Source: an uncultured Bacilli bacterium (GTDB taxonomy: Bacteria; Bacillota_I; Bacilli_A; RF39; UBA660). Taken from it: 53,431 nt of DNA. This document shows, one piece after another, positions 36,757 to 45,275 of the stretch; the first letter of the stretch is position 1, and each line of letters begins with the position of its first letter. Location of the stretch: assembly GCA_947626115.1 (NCBI GenBank), contig CANQQX010000005.1, positions 1 to 53,431 on the forward strand, in the 5' to 3' direction. Under the pieces are notes generated by a model. It worked only from the letters and a program-made list of their open reading frames with translations. It searched no databases and had not been told where the DNA came from. Made by a program: the position numbers and the translations under genes.

Positions 36757-38246
36757 ATGAAGAGAGTAATAAATAATAATAATAAAATAATAATTGGTTT
36801 TATCATAGGATTACTATTTTCTATAACAACAGTATATGCAGTAGATGCCTATATTGAAAGTAATAAAGTAGCTTATACTAATCACAATAAAAATAATGTC
36901 GAAGAAGCCATAGATGAATTGTATGAAAAAAGTGGTATGCATAAAGATAAATGGGTAGATCCAATACTTAATGGAGCAGATCCTGTATTTGATAATGAAG
37001 GAAAGTTAATTCCAGTAGAAATAAAACCGAATGGTGATGTATATTATGCAAGTTTAAATAGTGAATGGTATAATTATAGTGAGAAAAGATGGGCCAATGC
37101 TGTAATATTAGTAGATAATCCAAGTAATACAAATTATCAAGTTGGAGATCACATAATAGAAGATGATATTGAAAGTTACTTTGTCTGGATACCAAGATAT
37201 CAATATAAAGTATGGGATTTAGGAAAATATAATAGTGCTCCAGATGGAAACACTTTAACAGATAAAGACTATAATTCATCAACAGCTCAAGCATTAAATA
37301 AATCAATACTAATAGATATAAAATTTGGTAACATTGACAAAGCCCTTAAAATGGTAGAGCCAAGTATAACAGGAGTATATTATACCCATCCAGCATTTAC
37401 CTTAGGAGATAAAGATTTAAATGGTTTATGGATAGGTAAATTTGAAACAGGATATAAAGGGGCAACAAGTAAAGAAACAGCTGAAGTAAATAGAGAAGAA
37501 ACTACAAGTGTCATAATAAAGCCAGATGTTTATTTGTGCGTAATATATCAGTGAAAAATATATTTATGACTTCATATAATTATGATAGAAACTTAGATAG
37601 TCATATGATAAAGAATACAGAATGGGGAGCTGCAGCTTATCTTTCCCACTCACAATATGGAATAGGAAATGAAATAAGACTTAATAACACAAGCGATTAT
37701 AAAACTGGTTATTCAGCTGCTGCCAATACTAATCAAAGTACTCGTTTAGGTACTTATGCCGAAAGTACTGATAAAACTATAACGCAACCATGGAATACGG
37801 CAACGGGCTATTTAGCGAGTACTACCGGAAATATAAGTGGTATATATGATATGTCAGGTGGTGGTTGGGAATACGTTGCTGGTTGTCTAAATGAAACAAT
37901 TGGTGCTAGTGAATTTACTATAGACGAATTAAAATACTATACTCAACTTGATTATTTAGATATATATGATAAAAATAGTTTAATTTCATCATATAATAAT
38001 AGAATATTAGGTGATGCAACAGGAGAAACGGGGCCATTTTTTAAATATAATGATGGAGATAATGGTGTAAGAACTCATAATAGTTGGTATAGTGATTGGG
38101 CCTGGTTTATTTTTGGCATCTATCCTTGGTTTGTTCGAGGTGGCGGTTACGATTCCGGTGGACTTTCTGGTGCTTTTAATTTTAGTCGTTTTGGTGGAGA
38201 AGCTTCAGAATATTTTTCATATAGAATTACTCTTGCACCAATATAA
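36757..38246 (+). pseudogene. FGE-sulfatase/CLec-like surface protein paralog 3, split by a 1-bp frameshift (or a sequencing error)
   Basis: ORFs 36757-37554 and 37536-38246 together align with paralogs 1 and 2. The conserved Trp-Arg codons TGG CGN appear as TG CGT at 37537-37541. Confidence 0.8.
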
Positions 38247-38250
38247 TTAT

Positions 38251-38589
38251 TTATATTTTGTTATTTTTTACTATACAAAAAGCAATAGCGTAATCATTAT
38301 CATAAGATAAAGATAAATTTATTGCATATTCTTCGTGATTAATGATAGAAGGAATAGGCTCCCCTAAAGAACCTTTTAATATTTCAATTTCATTAAAATC
38401 AAACTTACTATTAGTAGCTTTAATAATGGCTTCTTTAGCTGCAAATCTGGTGGCTAAAAAGTTAATTGGTTCCTTTATAGTACTCGCAATATCTAGCTCT
38501 TTTTTGGTATATACTTTTTTAATAAATGATGGATTATTATCTATCATTTTTTTAAGTCTTGGAATAAATACTATATCAGTTCCAATCAT
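38251..38589 (-). CDS. acpS: Holo-ACP synthase (phosphopantetheinyl transferase)
   Basis: IGTDIV..R, FLATRFAAKEAIIKA, G.P and LSLSY. Confidence 0.92.
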   Translation of the reverse strand: MIGTDIVFIPRLKKMIDNNPSFIKKVYTKKELDIASTIKEPINFLATRFAAKEAIIKATNSKFDFNEIEILKGSLGEPIPSIINHEEYAINLSLSYDNDYAIAFCIVKNNKI

Positions 38590-38695
38590 TTTATATCGCC
38601 TTCTTATAATTAGTATAACATTTTTTTACATAATTTTAATATTTATATTTTTAATATCTTGTAATTTGTGGTAAAATGAATAATAGGAGGATAGT

Positions 38696-38938
38696 ATGAA
38701 AGACGAAATTGAACAAAAATTAATTGAAAAGACTGCTAAAGTATTAGGAGTAGATCCATCTACATTATCTGGTAGTACTAATATTAGAACAGATATTGAT
38801 TTAAAAAGCTTAGAAATGGTAGGAATTATTTCTGAATTTGAAGAAGAATATGACTGTTATATTAAGTATACTGAATTAATGCATGCTAATACTATTAGTG
38901 AATCTGCTGAAATTATTGCAAAACAAATTGAAGGCTAA
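38696..38938 (+). CDS. Acyl carrier protein (atypical KSL motif)
   Basis: 80-aa acidic protein with DIDLKSLEMVGIISEFEEEY. Strong RBS AGGAGG. Divergent from acpS. Confidence 0.85.
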   Translation: MKDEIEQKLIEKTAKVLGVDPSTLSGSTNIRTDIDLKSLEMVGIISEFEEEYDCYIKYTELMHANTISESAEIIAKQIEG

Positions 38939-38968
38939 CTTTTAAAAGAATAGAAAGAGGGAATAAAA

Positions 38969-40780
38969 TTGAAAGAAGAAAAAAAGCCGATTGAAAACGA
39001 ATTGTCCTTACCAAAGGAAATGCCAAAAAGGGATGAAAAAATAGTTAATGTTAAATATCCTGATGGCACAAGTTGTGATGTTATTTTTACCAAAATGACT
39101 CAACCTATACCAAAAGAGGAATTTGCGAAAGTTCCAAGAGAAGAAGCAATGAATTATTGCATTGAGGTACCTGTTAATACAACAGAGTATTATGTTGATG
39201 ATGAGAAAAGAGTAATATGTCTTCAAGATAGACCAGTTAAAATGCGTGATGGTGTAACTATTTACGCTGATATTTATATTCCAACTAGTGCCTTAAAAAC
39301 ACCAGTTCCACTTATTATTAGTTGGTCATTCTTTGGTAAACAACCTTGGCATCAACCAGTCCAAATTTTTAGACCGATGGGTGTACCTACAGGTGCTGTT
39401 TCAAATGTTTGTAAATTTGAATCATCTGATCCACTATTCTGGTGTTATCAAGGATATGCTGTTGCCAATGTAGATCCAAGAGGTATTGGTAATAGTGAAG
39501 GAGACCAACAACAATTTGGTACTCAAGAAGGAAGAGATGGCTATGACTTTATTGAATGGGCTGCTAAAGAAAAATGGTGTAATGGTAAAATAGCACTATT
39601 TGGTAACTCAGGTGTTGCCATGAGTCAATGGCGTATTGCCGCTGAATGTCCACCTCACCTAGTTTGTATTGCTCCATGGGAAGCAACAGGTGATCAATAT
39701 CGTGAAAGTATTATGGAAGGTGGTATTCCTGGATTCTTTGGTGGTTCAATAGTTATTGCTGCTCAAGGAAGAGGTTATATCGATAATACAGTTGCGATGG
39801 CCAAAAAAGAACCATATGTTACTAGTCCTTATTGGCAAGATAAAATACCTCATTATGAAAAAATTAATATCCCAGTTTATACTACTTGTAACTGGAACCA
39901 TTTCCATTTAAGAGGAAGCTGGGAAGGATTTAAAAATATTAAAACTAAGAAAAAATGGATGCGTTGCCATCAAGTATTTGAATGGCCAGATACCTATAAT
40001 TCAAAATGGCTACAAGATTTAAAATTATTCTTTGATCGTTATTTAAAAGGTATCTATAACGGTTGGGAATTAACACCAAGAATTAGAATGGAAGTTATGG
40101 ATGCATTTGAATATCCATATCAAACTAATCGTCCAGAAAATGAATGGCCACTTGCAAGAACTGTTTATAAGAAATTATATTTAAATGCCAATACTCATAA
40201 ATTAGGTGATGCGCCAGTTAAAAATGCTAGTAGTGTTAGTTATGATGGGGCAACAGGTTTAACAACATTTGAATATACATTTAGAAAAGATACTGAACTT
40301 ACAGGTTATATGAAGCTTAGAATGTATGTTGAAGCTAAAGGTCATGATGATATGGATTTATTTATAACTATTAAGAAGCTATCTACTAAAGGTGAAGAAT
40401 TACCAGTAACTATCTTTGGTTCTGAACGCCATCCAGGTGCTTGGGGTAAACTTAGAGTTTCAGCAAGACACTTAGACGAAGAAAAATCTACGGAATATCA
40501 ACCAGTTCATACTCATGATAGAACTGAAAAATTAAAACCTGGTGAAATTGTTCCAGTAGATATTGAAATTTGGCCTATCTCAAGAATTTGGCATAAAGGT
40601 CAAAAATTACAACTTCAAATTGCTGGTAGATATATTCGTGATGAATGGTTTGAACCACTTGTTTGGTTCCCTGATAATAAAGGTGAACATGTTATTCATA
40701 CAGGTGGCAAATATGAATCATACTTATTAGTTCCAGTTATTCCACCTCGTTATGAAGATGGCGACTATATTTATAGATAG
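38969..40780 (+). CDS. CocE/NonD family serine hydrolase/acyltransferase
   Basis: MRDGVTIYADIYIP, DPRGIGNSEG, W.NGKIALFGNS nucleophile elbow and PepX_C-like C-domain. No signal peptide. Confidence 0.92.
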   Translation: MKEEKKPIENELSLPKEMPKRDEKIVNVKYPDGTSCDVIFTKMTQPIPKEEFAKVPREEAMNYCIEVPVNTTEYYVDDEKRVICLQDRPVKMRDGVTIYADIYIPTSALKTPVPLIISWSFFGKQPWHQPVQIFRPMGVPTGAVSNVCKFESSDPLFWCYQGYAVANVDPRGIGNSEGDQQQFGTQEGRDGYDFIEWAAKEKWCNGKIALFGNSGVAMSQWRIAAECPPHLVCIAPWEATGDQYRESIMEGGIPGFFGGSIVIAAQGRGYIDNTVAMAKKEPYVTSPYWQDKIPHYEKINIPVYTTCNWNHFHLRGSWEGFKNIKTKKKWMRCHQVFEWPDTYNSKWLQDLKLFFDRYLKGIYNGWELTPRIRMEVMDAFEYPYQTNRPENEWPLARTVYKKLYLNANTHKLGDAPVKNASSVSYDGATGLTTFEYTFRKDTELTGYMKLRMYVEAKGHDDMDLFITIKKLSTKGEELPVTIFGSERHPGAWGKLRVSARHLDEEKSTEYQPVHTHDRTEKLKPGEIVPVDIEIWPISRIWHKGQKLQLQIAGRYIRDEWFEPLVWFPDNKGEHVIHTGGKYESYLLVPVIPPRYEDGDYIYR

Positions 40781-40788
40781 GAGTAATT

Positions 40789-41835
40789 ATGGACTTAATA
40801 GAAACTGTTAAAGCTAAGGCAAAGGCTAACCCAGGAAGGGTAGCCTTTCCTGAAGCTAATGATGCGAAAATGGTTCTAGCGATAGATGAAGTTTCTAGAG
40901 AAAAATACTGTGATGTTGTAATTGTCGGTCATATTGATGAAGTAAAATCATTATGTAAAGAAAATAAAATAGATGATTCTACTTGGGAATATATTGATAC
41001 GAGTGATGAAGACTATAAAGAAAAAGTATTACAAAAATATTTACAATTACCTAATTTAGTCTATGGCGAAAAATCACTAAGAAGAAGAATGAATGAACCA
41101 TTATATTTAGCATTTATGATGGAAGCTATTGATGAAGTAGATGTCACATTTGCTGGTATTACCAGTGCAACAGGTGATATTATTTTAGCGGCTCAAACTA
41201 TCGTTGGCTTAAATAATGAACTTGAAGTAGCATCTTCTGTAGGTATAGCAGAACTTCCTAATTATACATTCCCTGATGGTGGCCATTTAATTGCCGTTGG
41301 TGATTGTGCCGTATGTACTAATCCTAGTGCATCGGAACTTGCTAGTATTGCGATAAATACTTGTGATACAATTCATGCAGTAACCGGTTGGGAACCAAGA
41401 TGTGCTTTACTTTCATATTCAACTGATGGATCTGGCAGTGGTGAGCTTGTTGAAAAAGTAAAAACTGCTGTTAAACTTGCAAAAGAGCGAAGACCAGATT
41501 TAAAAATAGATGGTGAATTTCAATTAGATGCCGCGATTGTTCCTGAAATAGCGCAAAAAAAGGTTAAAAGAGAAAGTGAAGTAGCAGGGAAGGCTAATAT
41601 ATTAATTTTTCCAGATTTAAATGCTGGTAATATAGGAGTTAAATTAATTCAACAATTTGGTGGGGCTGATGCTTATGGACCATTATTACAAGGATTTAGA
41701 AAGATTTGTAGTGATTGCTCTAGAAGTGCTCCAGTATCTGAACTTGTTGGTAATATTTTATTTTCTATTGTGCGATCAGGCGATTTAAAAACAAAAGACT
41801 TAAAATTAGGAGATTTAAAAAATGGAAAAAAATAA
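40789..41835 (+). CDS. Phosphate acyltransferase (Pta/EutD-like, divergent)
   Basis: VAFPE, DCAV..NP, LSYST.GS, DGEFQLDAA, FPDLNAGNI and GPLLQG..SDCSR. Confidence 0.9.
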   Translation: MDLIETVKAKAKANPGRVAFPEANDAKMVLAIDEVSREKYCDVVIVGHIDEVKSLCKENKIDDSTWEYIDTSDEDYKEKVLQKYLQLPNLVYGEKSLRRRMNEPLYLAFMMEAIDEVDVTFAGITSATGDIILAAQTIVGLNNELEVASSVGIAELPNYTFPDGGHLIAVGDCAVCTNPSASELASIAINTCDTIHAVTGWEPRCALLSYSTDGSGSGELVEKVKTAVKLAKERRPDLKIDGEFQLDAAIVPEIAQKKVKRESEVAGKANILIFPDLNAGNIGVKLIQQFGGADAYGPLLQGFRKICSDCSRSAPVSELVGNILFSIVRSGDLKTKDLKLGDLKNGKK

Positions 41836-42934
41836 GTTTAGAATTTTATCAATAAATCCTGGATCAACTAGTACAAAGATTGGTTTATTTGATAATGATG
41901 AATGCGTTTTTAGAGTTAATATAGAACATGAACAAGATATTTTAAAAGTTTTTAAAGAAATATCTGATCAAAGAGAATTTCGTCTTAATACTGTCTTAGA
42001 TACTTTAAAAGAAAATAATATCCCGATTGAATCTATTGATGCATTCTCAGGTCGTGGAGGTTCACTTGAATGTTGTGAAGGTGGAACTTACGAAATAAAT
42101 GAACTTATGTATAATGATGCTAAATCAATGCGAATAGTTAAACATCCTTCAGCCCTTGGTATTGTTTTAGCTTACGAACTTGCTCATAAATATAATAAAA
42201 GATGTTTCTGTGTTAATCCACCTGATGTTGATGAATTTAATATCGAAGCCAGAATTACTGGTATTCCCGGTATTTTTAGAGAAAGTAGAATCCATGCTTT
42301 AAATCAAAAAGAAATTGCTATTCGTTATTCAGAAAAAGTTAACTGTAAGTATGAAGATTTAAATTTAATCATTTGTCATGCTGGTGGTGGTATATCTATC
42401 GCTGCCCATAATCATGGTAAAATGATTGATTGTAATGATATTGTTAATGGTGATGGTCCCATGGCTCCAACTAGAAGCGGTTTTATTCCTGCTAAGCCTT
42501 TAGTTAATATGTGTTTTAGTGGAAAATATAGTGAAGCTGATATAAAAGCCTTAATTAACAAAAATGGTGGTATTTTAGCCCATTTAGGTACAGCTGATAT
42601 TAAAGAGGTTGTACAAATGATTAATGATGGCAATAAAAAAGCGCAAATTATCTATGATGCGATGATTTATCAAATTGCTAAACAAATTGGAGCAATGTAT
42701 GTAGCTTTAAAATGTAATTGTAGTGCGATAATTCTAACTGGTGGTATTGCTAATGATTCTTATTATGTCAAGAAACTAAATAAATATATTAAGAATTTAT
42801 GTAAAGTAGAAGTAATGCCAGGCGAATTTGAATTAGAAGCACTAGCTGCTGGTGCTCTAAGAGTTCTAACAAATAAAGAAAAAGTTAAAGAATATATTGG
42901 TAAACCTGTATTTAATGGTGTGATAGGAGAATAA
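41822..42934 (+). CDS. buk: Butyrate kinase
   Basis: INPGSTSTKIG, GRGG, HALNQK, H.GGGIS, GP..P.RSG, LTGG and PGE.E. Confidence 0.93.
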   Translation: MEKNKFRILSINPGSTSTKIGLFDNDECVFRVNIEHEQDILKVFKEISDQREFRLNTVLDTLKENNIPIESIDAFSGRGGSLECCEGGTYEINELMYNDAKSMRIVKHPSALGIVLAYELAHKYNKRCFCVNPPDVDEFNIEARITGIPGIFRESRIHALNQKEIAIRYSEKVNCKYEDLNLIICHAGGGISIAAHNHGKMIDCNDIVNGDGPMAPTRSGFIPAKPLVNMCFSGKYSEADIKALINKNGGILAHLGTADIKEVVQMINDGNKKAQIIYDAMIYQIAKQIGAMYVALKCNCSAIILTGGIANDSYYVKKLNKYIKNLCKVEVMPGEFELEALAAGALRVLTNKEKVKEYIGKPVFNGVIGE

Positions 42935-43380
42935 TGATGAAAAGTAAAGATATAGTTAAACAATTATTACCCGGAGTGGTAGTTGGATTTATCTTAGGTA
43001 TCATTTTAGTGTCTCTCGTTGGGGTTGATAAAGAACAATCAATTCCTAATTATATAGGTGGAGTAATGTGCTGTTTAGTACCAACTTTCCTTAACTGTTT
43101 AATAGTATTATTTGGTACTGCTAAAACTTTAAAAAGAAAAATTTCTTTTAAAGATGTCTTACTTAGAATTCTTCCTTATATCTTTTTAGCAGGACTCATT
43201 GGCTTATTTGTCGTTGCAGTAGTAGTGGAAAGATTAATTGGTATTGATCCAAGAACTATTTCCTTAATGATGACTGCTATCTATGAAGCTTTATTAGGAG
43301 TTGTAGTATCTACCATTTTTGCTTATATTGCTTTAAAAAAATATGCTAAAGATGTTAAATATACAAAAAGAAATAAATAA
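42934..43380 (+). CDS. Four-TM membrane protein
   Basis: Four hydrophobic stretches. Translationally coupled to buk (TAATG). Confidence 0.8.
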   Translation: MMKSKDIVKQLLPGVVVGFILGIILVSLVGVDKEQSIPNYIGGVMCCLVPTFLNCLIVLFGTAKTLKRKISFKDVLLRILPYIFLAGLIGLFVVAVVVERLIGIDPRTISLMMTAIYEALLGVVVSTIFAYIALKKYAKDVKYTKRNK

Positions 43381-43388
43381 AAGATAAT

Positions 43389-43430
43389 AAAAAATAAAAT
43401 GTGTAGTAAGATATACATTTTATTTTTTTT
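43389..43430 (+). terminator. Terminator closing the ACP-buk operon
   Basis: AAAAAATAAAATGTGT / ATACATTTTATTTTTT plus T-run. Confidence 0.65.
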
Positions 43431-43491
43431 ATGTACTTATATTCGACAAATTTTACTTATAATTTATGATAATCTGTTAATGGTGATGAAA

Positions 43492-43683
43492 ATGAATAAA
43501 AAAACAAGTGAATTTTTAGAAGAAATAACTGATAATTTTAGTACTCTTTTTGTGGAGACATTTTATCTTCGTTATTTAGATCAATTTGGCGAAGAAAATA
43601 TTTTAAAAGATATCAATTATACTAAAGATATGCTTTTAAAAAAGATTGATGAAAAAATTCAACAAAAATTAGAAAGCAAATAA
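43492..43683 (+). CDS. Small hypothetical protein
   Basis: 3' part of ORF 43399-43683. Start chosen after GGTGA, because the longer start overlaps a terminator. Confidence 0.55.
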   Translation: MNKKTSEFLEEITDNFSTLFVETFYLRYLDQFGEENILKDINYTKDMLLKKIDEKIQQKLESK

Positions 43684-43701
43684 AAAAAGGAGTTAAACTC
43701 C

Positions 43702-43896
43702 TTAGTTATTAAAGTTATTATTATTACCAGTAAACCAACCAGCACCTATTATAATAACTAATAAAATAAATAGAACAATCCAAATGGCTGCACCTATACC
43801 ATAGCCACTTGTGTAACCAGCATAGCCAGCGCCACCATAACAAGGAGTACTAGCATAGTTACCACCATAGTAACCATTATTTCCGTAATAATACAT
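43702..43896 (-). CDS. YjcZ/SscA-family small Gly/Tyr-rich membrane protein
   Basis: GY-rich N-terminus followed by IVLFILLVIIIGA. RBS AAGGAGG. Confidence 0.8.
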   Translation of the reverse strand: MYYYGNNGYYGGNYASTPCYGGAGYAGYTSGYGIGAAIWIVLFILLVIIIGAGWFTGNNNNFNN

Positions 43897-44017
43897 ATTA
43901 TACCTCCTTTATGTATCTATTATATTTTATTAATCTTAGTCACATTTTGACATTAAAAAATTAATATTTATTTTGTATAATTTCATTTTGTGATATGATT
44001 ATTATAGGATTGGTATT

Positions 44018-45184
44018 ATGAAGAATAAATTTGCCAAAATGGATAAACCTTTATTAATTTTAACCATACTTCTTTGTAGTATGGGTCTTATTATGGTTTT
44101 TTCTTCCTCTATGGCTGCAGCTATTCTTCGTTATAATAAAGAACCAACTTACTTTTTTATAAGACAACTTATCTTTTTAGGATTAGCTTTTGGTGGGGGA
44201 ATTATAGTCTTACAAATACCAACTAAATATTATAAAACCTTATCATATTTTTTCGTAATAGGTATTATAGTAGTTTTAACTTTGCTACTTTTTTATGGTA
44301 AACTTACCAATCATGCCCAGAGTTGGTTTTATATACCGGGAACAGGATTTGCCATTCAACCATCAGAATTTGCCAAATCAGCTATTATTATTTTTATGGC
44401 CGTATTTTATAATATATTAATTAAAAGAAAAGTTTCCAATGTTTATTTATATTTAATTCCTTTATTTATTGTAGGAATAATTGCTTTACTTATTTTAATG
44501 CAACCAGACTTTGGTAGTGCTGCTATACTAGTAGCCATAGCATTTTGTATATTTATAAGTGTGCCAATTGCAAAAAGTAATTTACCTAAGATTATGTTAA
44601 TACTGGGTATTGGCGCTATCATTTTAGGAGTTGCCCTTTTATATAGTGGAGCCGAGATATTAAATAGTGAACAAATGAAAAGATTTAATTTCCAAAACCC
44701 TTGTCAAAGATATAAAGAAGATACGGGATACCAAGTATGTAATGGCTATATTGCTATTAATAATGGTGGTCTTACTGGCGTAGGTATGGGTAATAGTACC
44801 CAAAAATTCTTATATTTACCCGAAAGTCATACTGATTTTATCTTTGCAGTTTTAGTTGAAGAATTAGGCCTTCTTACTGGTATTGGTGTTTTACTCGTTT
44901 ATGCTTTACTTTTGTATCGGATTTTAAAAATAGCAAAAAATGCTTATAACTTACGAAATTCTATTTTAGCTTATGGTACATTTTGGTTAATTGCGTTTCA
45001 TATCATTATTAATTTGTGTGGTATGCTATCTATTTTACCTTTAACGGGTGTACCACTTCCATTCTTAAGCTATGGTGGATCATCAACTATTAACTTCGTG
45101 GCCATGATTTTTGTAACAGAACGAGTAGCCATTGAAAATAATGATACAAAATATCGCTTAGAAATGAAAAAATTAGCAAAATAA
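44018..45184 (+). CDS. FtsW/RodA/SpoVE family SEDS protein
   Basis: QPSEFAK, QPDFG, LPESHTDFIF..EELG and TGVPLPFLSYGGSS. Confidence 0.95.
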   Translation: MKNKFAKMDKPLLILTILLCSMGLIMVFSSSMAAAILRYNKEPTYFFIRQLIFLGLAFGGGIIVLQIPTKYYKTLSYFFVIGIIVVLTLLLFYGKLTNHAQSWFYIPGTGFAIQPSEFAKSAIIIFMAVFYNILIKRKVSNVYLYLIPLFIVGIIALLILMQPDFGSAAILVAIAFCIFISVPIAKSNLPKIMLILGIGAIILGVALLYSGAEILNSEQMKRFNFQNPCQRYKEDTGYQVCNGYIAINNGGLTGVGMGNSTQKFLYLPESHTDFIFAVLVEELGLLTGIGVLLVYALLLYRILKIAKNAYNLRNSILAYGTFWLIAFHIIINLCGMLSILPLTGVPLPFLSYGGSSTINFVAMIFVTERVAIENNDTKYRLEMKKLAK

Positions 45185-45224
45185 GCTAGTTTTTTTATTT
45201 TTTTGTGAAAATTTTCTTTAAAAA

Positions 45225-45253
45225 AAAGGAAATCGGCCTCTGAGTGACAAATA
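45225..45253 (+). promoter_or_regulatory. Sigma-H-like promoter upstream of comEA
   Basis: AAAGGAAAT-12 bp-GACAAATA, one mismatch from the B. subtilis SigH consensus RnAGGAwWW / RnnGAAT. Confidence 0.45.
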
Positions 45254-45275
45254 ATATAAGTGAAAGGAGGTTTTT

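Noticed and set aside
37531-37554. Programmed ribosomal frameshift joining the two halves of paralog 3
   Set aside because: There is no slippery heptamer or stimulatory structure, and the paralogs are continuous, so a simple deletion explains it.
18930-38246. A complete diversity-generating retroelement in the window
   Set aside because: No reverse transcriptase, Avd or AAC-rich template repeat was found, and the intergenic gaps do not resemble the variable ends.
43442-43448. Spo0A box (TTCGACA)
   Set aside because: A single 7-mer in a probable -35 position is not enough evidence without knowing spo0A is present.
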